A stretch of 64,000 nucleotides of DNA from Geopsychrobacteraceae bacterium (GTDB lineage Bacteria > Desulfobacterota > Desulfuromonadia > Desulfuromonadales > Geopsychrobacteraceae): assembly GCA_963662315.1 (NCBI GenBank), contig OY759353.1:4288001-4352000 (forward strand), given 5' to 3'. Shown piece by piece: positions 1 to 9,370 of this stretch. The notes beneath the pieces are model-generated. The model had not been told where the DNA came from, ran no database searches, and was given only the letters and a program-made list of their open reading frames with translations. The position numbers and the translations under genes were made by a program. The first letter of the stretch is position 1, and every line of letters begins with the position of its first letter.

Positions 1-1502
1 CTTAATGTTTTCAGGGTGTTTAACTGATTCTTGTCCAAATGGTTGCCGGCTTGGTTATGTCCTCCATAGATCAGCCCGATCTCTTTTTGATTGATGACAA
101 TTGGCAGCACCACAAAACTTGCAGAGGCAATATCGCCACGAAACCATTCAGGTTTTGACGCGTTAAGGTCAGGGGCAGCTACGTCATGAATATACAGATC
201 TTTGTTTTCAAACAGCGCGACGTTAAAGAGGTCGCGAGCCGAGGGCTCAGGTCTAAAAAAGACGTTTTTCGTGATAGTACTGGCCATCTGACCAAGGGCA
301 TAGCGGGCCTGCATCTGTCCGGAACGGGGATCTTTAAAGAAAATGACCACCCGGTCAAAGCCGATCCCCTGATAAATGGTTTCGAGAATTTTGCCAAGGA
401 TGTCGTCCAGAGTAAAATCGTCAAGCATGATATTGCTGATATCCTGCAGACCCGTCTGCAGCTGTTGTTTACGTTGCTCTTGCAGGGGAAGGATATCTGC
501 CAGTTCTGTGCTCGTAACGGCATATTTGTCGAGGAATGGCGGCTGTGTACCTGTTTCACTGTCACTTTGGGGATGATCGGTGGCATGCTCATCAAGACTG
601 GTACGGTCTTTAATCCGTTGGATATCTTCGGGAGAAAAGCGCAGGGCACTGGCGAACAGCTTCATTTCATCCGCGGCATTTTCGACAATAGCGACGACCT
701 GTTTAAGATCCAGCGGGTAGATCTTACGGAATCTGGCCATGACTTTAGCTAACCTCAAGCGAATCTCTTCGGCCGGGGCGTTCATGGTAATATCGCAAAT
801 CTCATTGGCCAGCAGCGGCAATAGCTGCTGGTGGCCTAAACTTTTTGGATTTGTTTCCAGATCTTTTTCATTCGGAGGAGTCATGCTCACAATAATCTGG
901 TCCGGTAACCCCCAGAATCTCGCCACCCCGACGCCCAGATCGGAAAAAGTGACCCCCAGAGCTCTGAGTACGGCAAGTTTGTCATTGATCCCATCGTCGC
1001 GCAGCTTCAGATAGGTGCTGAATTCTTCCGGGAAATAGTGAATAGCCAGAAGCCGACCAAAATTGTGAAACATGGCCCCGATATAGTAATTCTCCCAATC
1101 ATTAAGACGGATATTTTTTGCCAGGTCGCGGGCGATGATACCGCTTAAAAAACTGGAGAGGACGCCTTCTTTGATGAGCGGGGTCAACTTTTTCCCCTGC
1201 AGACTTTCAAAAAATATCAATCCGGCCGCGGTGAGCCGGACCTGCTCGAAGCCGAGGATGACAATGGCTCTGGATACCGTCGCAATCGTTCCGGAGAATT
1301 GACCAAAGGTGGCAGAATTAGCCACTTTCAGCAATCTGCTGGTTAAGGAAAAGTCTTTTAAGATCAGTTCAGCCAGCTCTTCAACCGTGGCATCGCTGTT
1401 GACAGAAGCTTTGGCGTTTATCTCACCAATATAATGAGAAACAGCCGGGAAGCTGTTTTGTTTTTTCATGCGGACAATGAGTTCATTGACCTTTTCATTC
1501 AT
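1..1502 (-). CDS. HDOD domain signalling protein with C-terminal GAF-like domain (3' end beyond window start)
   Basis: Not in the ORF track because it runs off the edge. Manual minus-strand translation from ATG 1502: MNEKVNELIVRMKKQNSFPGCSHYI...LAELILKDFSLTSRLLKVANSATF...TVSRAIVILGFEQVR...GAMFHNFGRLL...ARFWGLPDQII (HDOD motifs), then GIGFDRVVIFFKD...SFVVLPIVINQKEIGLIYG (GAF-like). Frame is open to position 1. Confidence 0.85.
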   Translation of the reverse strand, partial: MNEKVNELIVRMKKQNSFPAVSHYIGEINAKASVNSDATVEELAELILKDFSLTSRLLKVANSATFGQFSGTIATVSRAIVILGFEQVRLTAAGLIFFESLQGKKLTPLIKEGVLSSFLSGIIARDLAKNIRLNDWENYYIGAMFHNFGRLLAIHYFPEEFSTYLKLRDDGINDKLAVLRALGVTFSDLGVGVARFWGLPDQIIVSMTPPNEKDLETNPKSLGHQQLLPLLANEICDITMNAPAEEIRLRLAKVMARFRKIYPLDLKQVVAIVENAADEMKLFASALRFSPEDIQRIKDRTSLDEHATDHPQSDSETGTQPPFLDKYAVTSTELADILPLQEQRKQQLQTGLQDISNIMLDDFTLDDILGKILETIYQGIGFDRVVIFFKDPRSGQMQARYALGQMASTITKNVFFRPEPSARDLFNVALFENKDLYIHDVAAPDLNASKPEWFRGDIASASFVVLPIVINQKEIGLIYGGHNQAGNHLDKNQLNTLKTL

Positions 1503-1693
1503 AGTGAGTCCTGGGGCGAAGGCTTTGCAAGCGAAATGAGGATTAATAATATCTCATATGGGAGCTGAATAACAATCCCTAAGATAGTGACATGTTATTT
1601 CTTTTCGCGACTTTTAAGCTTTTAATGATAACCAGAAACAGGCTGCATTTAGTAGCGTCGCAGCGTTCCGCTCTTTTGGGTATTGGCCTGATG

Positions 1694-2968
1694 TCATGCG
1701 CAAAGTAATGGCGCGCTCAGTCCCAGCCCGTGGGCCACACTGGTGAAAACGTTGTGGTTTTCGGTTTTGTTTGAGCCAAAGCGGTCACTGAACAGTTTTT
1801 GGATATAGGGGATTTTTGAAGTTCCGCCGGTGAGTGATACGGTATCGATCTGATCAGCGCTTAGACCGCATTGAACCAGTACATCATCAATACAGCGTTC
1901 AATCCTGCTGAAATTGGTCTGGTTGATTTCTTCAAATTCCAGTTTGCTTAAGGCTTCATTCAGATCCAGATCAGCGTCCTGAAAGCGGATGTTGGTCTGT
2001 TCATTTACCGACAAATCACACTTGGCTTTTTCAATGGCCTGAAACAGGGAGAAACCGTAGTTGTCCTCGATAATATTTTCCAGGTTCTGAATAGCTTTCG
2101 GGCTATCGGTGGTGCGTTTGATAATGCGGATCAGTTCACGGTTCTGGCGGGTCCTCAGCAGGGGGATACGGTGCCATTGGCTCAGGGTGTAGATAAGACT
2201 GCCCGGAACTTCGGTCCACTCTTCTGTGGCAAACGCCTTGTAGTTGGCTTTGCGGCCAAAATGCTGGGCAACCTTGTCCCACATGATCTGTGAATCAAAC
2301 TTGTCGCCAGCAACATAGACGCCACCAAGCCCGAGAACATCATTGCGGAAATCACTGTTATTCGTCGTACCGCCGGTCACGCGGATCACGGAAAAATCAG
2401 AAGTCCCACCACCAAAATCGCCGATAAAGACAATCTTTTCCTTCCCGGTAGCGAGTGATTCTTTGTAGGTCTGCGCGGCCGCAAGGGGTTCGAACTGAAA
2501 GCTGATATGTTTGAAACCGGCTTTGCGTGCTGCTTTTTCCAACCATTGCTGGGCGGCATCATCCTTATCTTTATCTTCAGAAAAAAGTACCGGACGCCCC
2601 AGGACGACACTGTCGACAGGGCAACCGACATGGTTTTCGCCCCGTATTTTCAGCTGTTTGAGAATGATGGCAACGAGATCGTCAATGCCATAGCGTTTGC
2701 CGAAAATTTCGGTGCCGCTGAAACTGCTGCTGGGGAGAAAGGTTTTGATCGACTGCATAAAACGACCGTAGCCACCATCTTCGATATACTGGTGGATCGC
2801 TTCGGACCCGGTAAAGATTTCCTTATCTTCGTTAAAATAGAGAACCGAACGCATCAGACTCCGGGTCTGACTGTCCATATCTACGTCGACAAGTTCTACC
2901 TGCCCGTTACGGTACACGGACAGGGCTGAGTTACTGGTGCCAAAATCAATACCACATACAACCTGCAA
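1694..2968 (-). CDS. Hsp70-family protein, YegD-like (ATPase domain only)
   Basis: GIDFGTSNS, DFGGGTSDFS and LTGGTSKIP actin/Hsp70 motifs; 424 aa with no substrate-binding domain. Confidence 0.88.
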   Translation of the reverse strand: MQVVCGIDFGTSNSALSVYRNGQVELVDVDMDSQTRSLMRSVLYFNEDKEIFTGSEAIHQYIEDGGYGRFMQSIKTFLPSSSFSGTEIFGKRYGIDDLVAIILKQLKIRGENHVGCPVDSVVLGRPVLFSEDKDKDDAAQQWLEKAARKAGFKHISFQFEPLAAAQTYKESLATGKEKIVFIGDFGGGTSDFSVIRVTGGTTNNSDFRNDVLGLGGVYVAGDKFDSQIMWDKVAQHFGRKANYKAFATEEWTEVPGSLIYTLSQWHRIPLLRTRQNRELIRIIKRTTDSPKAIQNLENIIEDNYGFSLFQAIEKAKCDLSVNEQTNIRFQDADLDLNEALSKLEFEEINQTNFSRIERCIDDVLVQCGLSADQIDTVSLTGGTSKIPYIQKLFSDRFGSNKTENHNVFTSVAHGLGLSAPLLCA

Positions 2969-3354
2969 AGCTTTTCTCCTGATCTGTTTTTTTGCGAAGA
3001 AACGTTTCTAGACGAAAGTGGCGGTTGAATGCAAGGGGAAAGGCCTATTTTTATGGGATCGTGTTGATTTCAGAAATATTCCAGAGCCATTTTCTCTGGT
3101 GGCGGTTCGCTTCGGTGTCAGTTGATACTTGGTGCGGGGATTCTGTCGATGCCCTGGCCAAGAGCGCGTAAACGGCGTTGTATCAGGTGAAAGAGGTTGG
3201 TTGGTAGCGGGTTGCATTCGTCTGTGAACCTGTTTTCAGCATCTTCTTTCTGTTTGCCTTTCGATGGGAAAACAGGCATACTCGTCGCAAACTTAGAAAT
3301 GGTTAACGAAGGCAGCCTGACAATATTGTGGGGGCTAAAGCTGTGCTGAGCAAA

Positions 3355-4926
3355 ATGCCAGAACAAAAACCGACTGATGTTCACAGTTATGTTGGAGACA
3401 CCGAATTTGAATTTGTCGAGGGTGACCGGCATGGTTGGGAAGCCTATGAAACCGAAGAAGTGATTATCACGGTTCATGAACGTTTGGCCTATCAGTTGTT
3501 TTATCAGGCCTGGGTGCATAATCTGAGTTCCATCATCGTCGCTATCTGTGCGGCTGTCGCGACCTGGCGGGTTGTCGATCACACCTCTTTGCTTATCTGG
3601 CTGGCCGTTTTTGTGCTGGTCTATTCGTGTCGCTGGCTGATTTCATTCAATTTTCATAAAGCCCATCCTAAGAGAACTGCCGTCTATAAATGGATTCACC
3701 TGCAATTTGGGGCTATTATTGCCAGTGCACTGGTATACAGTGCCCCGGTGGTGTTTTTATGGCCAGAAAATGCTCCTTTAGAACAGATGGTCTGGGTCAT
3801 TACCCTGACCGCGACGCCGGCTTTAGCTGTAGCCAGGGACAGTGTCTGGAAATACGCAGATCTGCCTTTTATTTGCCTGACCCTGTTGTCAATTGTCGTC
3901 AGGTTGTTTTTTAACGATGGATTCCCCTATACGATTCTTGGCATTCTTGGGATTATCTATGGACTGACCCTGGTGGAAATTGGCCGGGTTATGTACAAAA
4001 CCAACCTGGAAAATCTGCTGACTGGGGTGAAGAATCAACAGCTGAATCAATTGCTGGCTTATGAAGTCGAAGAGCGTGAACGAACTTACGCCATCATGCG
4101 CAAGCAGGAGCAGGAGCTGGCCCAGGCCAAACGCATGGAATCGATTGGCATCTTGTCTGCGGGTGTTGCTCATGAAATTAACACCCCTTTGCAGTTTATC
4201 AGCAGTAATCTTCACTTTATCGCCAGCGGTGTCAAAAGTATTCAAGCGTTTATGAAGCGGGTCAGTTTCTTGAAAAAGAGTCAAGATACGGCGTGCTGTG
4301 AAGGTGCTTTGTGTGAAAGTATAGATTCTATACGTAACGAGTATGATATCGATTATTTTCTTGATGAAATGATGCAGGCTAAAAATGATACCGATGAGGG
4401 GGTCACGCGCATCAGCAAGATTATTGAAGCGTTGCAGTTGCACGCCGGATCGGAATGCGCAGCCGTTAAAACAGTCAACCTGAATGAGGCCGTTGAAAAT
4501 TCGGTTCTTCTGAGCCATCACCTGTGGCAGGATTTGTGTTTTATCGATAAGTGTTATGCCGATGATCTCCCCGAAATAAATTGTGCGATCAAGGAGATCA
4601 ATCAGGCTATCATGGGTCTTCTCATCAATGCTATTCATGCTATTCAGGATAGGAAGAAGCAGGATCATTTTGAAGGGCGTATTGCCATTCAGACCAGTTG
4701 TGATGGTGACAGGGTGCGTCTGTCTATCTCAGATAACGGTTGCGGTATTCCTGAGAGAATTTGGGATCGGATTTTTGAAGACTTTTTTACGACCAGAGAA
4801 GTTGGTGAAGGCGCCGGGCAGGGGTTGTCATATGCTTACCGTGTTATCGACAAATGTGGCGGGACCATCACTTTTACCTCTGAAGAAAATGTCGGGACGA
4901 CCTTCCATATTGAACTTCCCTGTTGA
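3355..4926 (+). CDS. Membrane-bound sensor histidine kinase (NtrB-like HisKA + HATPase)
   Basis: About 6 N-terminal TM segments; H-box AGVAHEINTPLQ, N-box LLINAIHA, DNGCGI, FFTTREVGEGAGQGL. Start is uncertain (GTG 3328 or ATG 3355). Confidence 0.9.
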   Translation: MPEQKPTDVHSYVGDTEFEFVEGDRHGWEAYETEEVIITVHERLAYQLFYQAWVHNLSSIIVAICAAVATWRVVDHTSLLIWLAVFVLVYSCRWLISFNFHKAHPKRTAVYKWIHLQFGAIIASALVYSAPVVFLWPENAPLEQMVWVITLTATPALAVARDSVWKYADLPFICLTLLSIVVRLFFNDGFPYTILGILGIIYGLTLVEIGRVMYKTNLENLLTGVKNQQLNQLLAYEVEERERTYAIMRKQEQELAQAKRMESIGILSAGVAHEINTPLQFISSNLHFIASGVKSIQAFMKRVSFLKKSQDTACCEGALCESIDSIRNEYDIDYFLDEMMQAKNDTDEGVTRISKIIEALQLHAGSECAAVKTVNLNEAVENSVLLSHHLWQDLCFIDKCYADDLPEINCAIKEINQAIMGLLINAIHAIQDRKKQDHFEGRIAIQTSCDGDRVRLSISDNGCGIPERIWDRIFEDFFTTREVGEGAGQGLSYAYRVIDKCGGTITFTSEENVGTTFHIELPC

Positions 4927-5085
4927 CCAAAGTTCGCTGTCCTTTTCCTTGCTGCGGCTGATAAAAGCTTCTCAGTATCAAAAGGCTACCGCTAACTGTT
5001 TTTTTTCCCTCAGGAGCAGTCAATTCTGCTACAACAGTGAACCTTGAGAACAATCTCCTGTCTGTCGTTGATGTGAGGGTTGCCC

Positions 5086-5724
5086 ATGTTGATTAATGAA
5101 ACCGAGCGCGATGCTCTTTATAAAGTGATTTACTCCAGGCGTGATGTCCGTGGTCAGTTTTTGCCCGACCCGGTTCCTGAAGGTGTCTTGCGTCGGGTTC
5201 TGAAGGCTGCTCACCATGCTCCAAGTGTTGGCTTTATGCAGCCCTGGGATTTTATCCTGGTGCAGCAAGAGCAGACCAGAAAAGCAATCAAAGCCGGGTT
5301 CGCTGCTGCCCATGAACAGTCGGCCTTAATGTTCAGTGGTGGCAGGCAAGAGCAATATCGTAATTTTAAGCTGGAAGGGATTGAAGAGGCGCCGCTAGGA
5401 ATCTGTGTCACTTGTGATCGCCGCAGAACCGGTCCGGTAGTTATTGGGCGCACAATTAAGCCGGAAATGGATCTGTACAGCGCAGTCTGCGCTGTACAGA
5501 ATTTATGGTTGGCGGCACGGGCAGAAAATCTCGGTATGGGCTGGGTCAGCATTATCCATGACCAGGTACTGCGCGAGGTTCTCCATATCCCGGAAGAAAT
5601 CGATATTATCGGTTATATGTGTCTGGGATATGTTTCTTATTTTAAAGAAAAACCTGAATTGGAAAGTGCTGGCTGGTTACCGCGCCTTGACCTGAATGAT
5701 CTGATTCACCAGGAACGCTGGTAG
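5086..5724 (+). CDS. bluB: 5,6-dimethylbenzimidazole synthase (nitroreductase fold)
   Basis: RRDVRGQF, AAHHAPSVGFMQPWDF, KLEGIEEAP, EMDLYSAVCAVQNLWLAARAENLGMGWVSI match the BluB pattern. Confidence 0.88.
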   Translation: MLINETERDALYKVIYSRRDVRGQFLPDPVPEGVLRRVLKAAHHAPSVGFMQPWDFILVQQEQTRKAIKAGFAAAHEQSALMFSGGRQEQYRNFKLEGIEEAPLGICVTCDRRRTGPVVIGRTIKPEMDLYSAVCAVQNLWLAARAENLGMGWVSIIHDQVLREVLHIPEEIDIIGYMCLGYVSYFKEKPELESAGWLPRLDLNDLIHQERW

Positions 5725-5770
5725 AAAATACCCGGTCGCAGGACCTACACAATGCAGGAGTTTCCGCTCG

Positions 5771-6523
5771 TCAGCCTCTAAGTAATGATTCCAGAGAGGT
5801 TTGCTGTTGTGCTGAAACGCTTAAAAAATTAACCCCTATGCCTGCCTGTTCGGTGAGTTCAGTGTCCTGATTTTTTACCCAGCGTACCTCACTGCGAATA
5901 CTCGATTCATCTCCCAGTATTGGCAGGGTAACGTTAAGGATATCGCCAATACAGTAGTTTCTGATCGTTAAAATATAGGCTCCGCCCTTGGATACATTCA
6001 GGGTTGATGTTGTTTCGTAATATTGAACGGTTTCAGGGATTGAGTCAGCAGTCCAACGGGCTGGAGCGACACATTGAATACAGGCTATGGTCTTGAGCTC
6101 ATAGCGTTGTTGACGCCGCAGGGGGCGGGATTGTTCATATTTTATACAGCGGTTAAGAAAATCATGAATATGTGTGGCTTCAAGACAGGAAGGATCGATA
6201 CCTTGAAGTTCTCCCGTTGCAACTTTTTGGACAAAATGAATAGGATACCCCTGTCCTAGCGAGTGGAAAAGATCTTTGTCCCGGGCGCTGAAACGTTTGT
6301 AGGTTGGATAGTTGACAAGAATTCCGGACCAACAGGTATTGTTAAATTTGCTGTTTGAGAAAAAGCTTTGAAATGATTCTGTTACACCAAGAGTAATACG
6401 TGGATCCTGGGTGAGCTGCCTGATCAAATCACCACTCTGTTCCAATTCCGCAATCAGTAAGAATTTGGTACTCAATTGTGCACTGCTCAGGTTTTCAGCT
6501 GTCGCGTTCGCAAAAAAAACCAT
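5771..6523 (-). CDS. PilZ domain-containing protein
   Basis: C-terminal RRQQR (RxxxR) and NVSKGG (D/NxSxxG) c-di-GMP motifs; EVRW...GIGVNF. Confidence 0.8.
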   Translation of the reverse strand: MVFFANATAENLSSAQLSTKFLLIAELEQSGDLIRQLTQDPRITLGVTESFQSFFSNSKFNNTCWSGILVNYPTYKRFSARDKDLFHSLGQGYPIHFVQKVATGELQGIDPSCLEATHIHDFLNRCIKYEQSRPLRRQQRYELKTIACIQCVAPARWTADSIPETVQYYETTSTLNVSKGGAYILTIRNYCIGDILNVTLPILGDESSIRSEVRWVKNQDTELTEQAGIGVNFLSVSAQQQTSLESLLRG

Positions 6524-6894
6524 CTTACCCTCCTGATATTTTCATTTGAATTGACTAATGGATATTAGCTTAGATTGATGGGATGATCAATCTTTATTTA
6601 CCATTTATGGATAGGCACTTCTTTTTTCAAGAGGGGGAGCTTTTGATGAGTGTCAGGAACCTACTACGAATATTAATGATTTTGTGCCACTGTGACGATG
6701 AAGCGGTTGAATGCTCGGGCACTGTAGGCGTTGGAGATCTCTTGTAAGGTATTTTTTGAAAATAGCCTTATACTCAACCCGCTATTTTTACCTGTTGTGA
6801 CGGGTTGTAATAGTTTTTTTCCACTGCCACATGAATATTATTTTGATGGTATCTCGCGGAGCAATTCAGATGGTGATTCGCTACGGTTCAGGTT

Positions 6895-8082
6895 ATGATG
6901 CCGCCTATGTCAAATCTGCAATCAAATATCACAAAATTATACGCTTTTTCCTTCCTGAAGATGAGCCTGTTTCCCATGGCGATCATTACTCTGTTCTGGA
7001 AGGATCAGATCGGCATGAGTCTGACGCAGATTCTCCTGTTACAGGGGATCTTCGCTGTCGCCATGGTGATCATGGAGTATCCGTCGGGCTACGTCAGTGA
7101 CCGCATTGGTTACCGTAAGGCGCTTAATTATGCGGCCCTGCTGGGGGTGATCGGCTGGGGGCTATATACGGTTGCGACATCCTTTGCCGCGGTCATGGTC
7201 GCAGAAATCTTTCTTGGTGTTTCCATGTCCTTTGTCAGTGGTACCGACAGTGCCTTGCTGTTTGAGAGTATTAAAAGAACTCCGGAGGAAGCTTTTTATA
7301 CTCGCCACCAGGGACGCATGAGCGGCTTCGGGCAGATCGGGGAAGCTTGTGGGGCGATCTTCGCTGGAGTTCTGTACGCTTATGCTCCAATTATGCCCTT
7401 TATTATTCAGGTGGTGGTCTGGGGGCTGGCCTATCTGCTGACGCGTACGCTGACCGAGCCGGAACGGGACGCTGGTGTCGTCACCAGTCACATTGCTGAA
7501 GCCTGGCAATCCACCCGTTTTGCCCTGATCGACAATAAGCGGTTACGCTATACCATTTTGCTGGTCCTGGTGTTGAATCTCTCCTCGTTCTATCCTGTCT
7601 GGCTGATTCAGCCGTATATGCAGGACTGTGGCGTTCCCGTATCCTGGTTTGGACCGATTTGGGCCGGCGCCAACCTGAGCGTGGCCATATTTGCCCTGAT
7701 CAGTCACCGTTTCCATTTAAAATTCGGCGATGGTCGTATGGTGATTCTGTTCGCTGTCTTCATTGTGGCCGGCTATCTGGGATTGGGCATGACCAGTAGT
7801 ATTTGGGGGTTTCTTTTCTATTATCTGTTGACCTGTATGCGTGGTTTACGCGGGCCGATGCTGTTGAATCACGTTCAACGACTCATCCCTTCTGCCAACC
7901 GGGCCGGGATTCTTTCTTTGCAGTCCTTCTGTTTTCGCCTGGTTTTCGTTTGTACTGGTCCCTTGATAGGCATGCTGGCCGACCGTGTTGGCGTCCAACA
8001 GTCGTTTACCTATTTGTGTATCGCCTACGTGCTGGTGCTGCCACCGGTTATCTGGTTGTTCATGAGACAATTAGGGGAATAG
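6895..8082 (+). CDS. MFS transporter
   Basis: About 12 hydrophobic segments; EYPSGYVSDRIGYRK MFS motif A, SGTDSALLFES. Confidence 0.88.
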   Translation: MMPPMSNLQSNITKLYAFSFLKMSLFPMAIITLFWKDQIGMSLTQILLLQGIFAVAMVIMEYPSGYVSDRIGYRKALNYAALLGVIGWGLYTVATSFAAVMVAEIFLGVSMSFVSGTDSALLFESIKRTPEEAFYTRHQGRMSGFGQIGEACGAIFAGVLYAYAPIMPFIIQVVVWGLAYLLTRTLTEPERDAGVVTSHIAEAWQSTRFALIDNKRLRYTILLVLVLNLSSFYPVWLIQPYMQDCGVPVSWFGPIWAGANLSVAIFALISHRFHLKFGDGRMVILFAVFIVAGYLGLGMTSSIWGFLFYYLLTCMRGLRGPMLLNHVQRLIPSANRAGILSLQSFCFRLVFVCTGPLIGMLADRVGVQQSFTYLCIAYVLVLPPVIWLFMRQLGE

Positions 8083-8153
8083 GCATGCCTCTGTCACACG
8101 GATAATGGCTTGCTTGAAAAATGCTGAGTAATGATCTGCAGGGTTTGATTCGA

Positions 8154-8179
8154 GCGGTTGGCCTTCAACGGCCAACCGC
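8154..8179. terminator. Hairpin between convergent MFS and DsrE genes
   Basis: gcggttggcc-ttcaac-ggccaaccgc, 10-bp stem. Confidence 0.55.
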
Positions 8180-8193
8180 CTCGTGATTTTTTT

Positions 8194-8700
8194 CTAGGGA
8201 AGCCTGACCACAGCATAGCCCTGATTTTGATAACCGATCACCGGCACAAATCCGTTACCGACCCGGTCCACTTCCGGGAGAATGGTTGCTTCCTTAACGC
8301 CGACCACTTTAACGGCATATTGGCAGACCTCAAGGGTGACTCCACTCTGTTTCATTTGTTTCAGTGTCTCCTGGAATTTGGCGACTTCGGCCAAGTCCTC
8401 GGTTTTGAAGAGGGATTTATCTGTAGATAACAACTTGACCGCGAAACCATGAAATACTACGGCTATTCTTCGCGCGCCGATGCTACCAACTTCCGGAACT
8501 TCATAGGAATTTTTAACCGCCCAGAATACGATGTTGGCCATGACCGGGTCTGCGGTACTGACATCATATACGGCATCGAAAGATTTGACTTCGTGAAGAG
8601 CATGAGTGTAACCCTCAGCCATGACCAATGTGGGAAGCATTAGCCATACCGCCAGGGCAACTACGCTGGCCAGAACCCGTTTGTGAGAATGACTATTCAT
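8194..8700 (-). CDS. Secreted DsrE/DsrF-like protein
   Basis: Signal peptide (KRVLASVVALAVWLMLPTLVMA); AVVFHGFAVKLL, GVTLEVCQYA, GYQNQGYAVV are typical of the DsrE family. ATG 8700 follows AAGGAAAGG. Confidence 0.75.
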   Translation of the reverse strand: MNSHSHKRVLASVVALAVWLMLPTLVMAEGYTHALHEVKSFDAVYDVSTADPVMANIVFWAVKNSYEVPEVGSIGARRIAVVFHGFAVKLLSTDKSLFKTEDLAEVAKFQETLKQMKQSGVTLEVCQYAVKVVGVKEATILPEVDRVGNGFVPVIGYQNQGYAVVRLP

Positions 8701-8775
8701 AACGTGAATCCTTTCCTTGTGAGGGTTAGTCCTCCAGGCAAGCAAATGGCCGAACGGCCAAATCCATAAGTTATG

Positions 8776-8866
8776 CATTCGGCAGCCCGGCCATCTCAAT
8801 CCAGGTTATCGAGGAAAGATCCGTCGCTTTCTGTCCCCGCTTCACAGTGGGTTTAACTTTATCGAT
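8776..8866 (-). ncRNA. Cyclic di-GMP-I (GEMM) riboswitch
   Basis: Minus strand reads CGAUAAAGUUAAACCCACU-GUGA-AGCGGGGACAGAAAGCGACGGAUCUUUCC...GAGAUGGCCGGGCUGCCGAA: AAACC, GNRA loop, GGGAC.GAAAGC and the GCCGGG.UGCCG hallmarks. Confidence 0.85.
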
Positions 8867-8871
8867 AGGTC

Positions 8872-8900
8872 ATTATAGATTGGCTTAACTGTATATTCAA
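8872..8900 (-). promoter_or_regulatory. sigma70 promoter for riboswitch-DsrE transcript
   Basis: Minus strand TTGAAT-N17-TATAAT; the predicted start site falls at the 5' end of the aptamer. Confidence 0.7.
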
Positions 8901-9052
8901 TACCGAAATGGTCATAAATCGGGTTGGTCGCTTTGCTCGCAAAATTTTTTTCTCGATCATGGTCAATTGTTGTTGGTTATGCATATTTTAAATGATTAAA
9001 TTACGGTTGTTTCTGTTGACAATGAATTCCCAATCTTTTATCACTCTAATCA

Positions 9053-9215
9053 CATTATTTCAGATGCCTGCACAGGCTTAATAGGGAATCCGGTGTGAAT
9101 CCGGAACGGGCCCGCCGCTGTAACCGGGGATGAACGCTGTAATATGTCACTGTCGTTAACGATGGGAAGACACAGTTAGTAAATTGATCCGCGAGTCAGA
9201 AGACCTGTCTGAATG
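9053..9215 (+). ncRNA. Cobalamin riboswitch
   Basis: AATAGGGAATCCGGTGTGAATCCGGAACGGGCCCGCCGCTGTAA...CACTG...GGGAAG...GAGTCAGAAGACCTG (B12 box), upstream of cbiK. Confidence 0.93.
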
Positions 9216-9271
9216 TCATTCGTCGTACACGCCTGGTCCGCTTGTACTCTTTGTTCGTGGATAAATCTGGG

Positions 9272-9313
9272 AATCCCCGAATCAATGCCAGCTATTGATT
9301 CGGGGATTTTTTT
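9272..9313 (+). terminator. Intrinsic terminator of the B12 riboswitch expression platform
   Basis: aatccccgaatcaat/attgattcggggatt stem plus T-run, between the aptamer and the cbiK start. Confidence 0.8.
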
Positions 9314-9370
9314 ATTTTCCGGATGGTAGCATGATTTCTTTCTATGGATTACATAAGGAGATGTAAGATC

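Noticed and set aside
179..1014. ORF-track calls 179-649, 186-752, 376-576, 739-1014
   Set aside because: Shadows of the edge-truncated HDOD gene on the minus strand.
8776..8866. 3'3'-cGAMP-selective (GEMM-Ib) variant
   Set aside because: Manual alignment puts G rather than A at the position-20 equivalent; not excluded without a binding assay.
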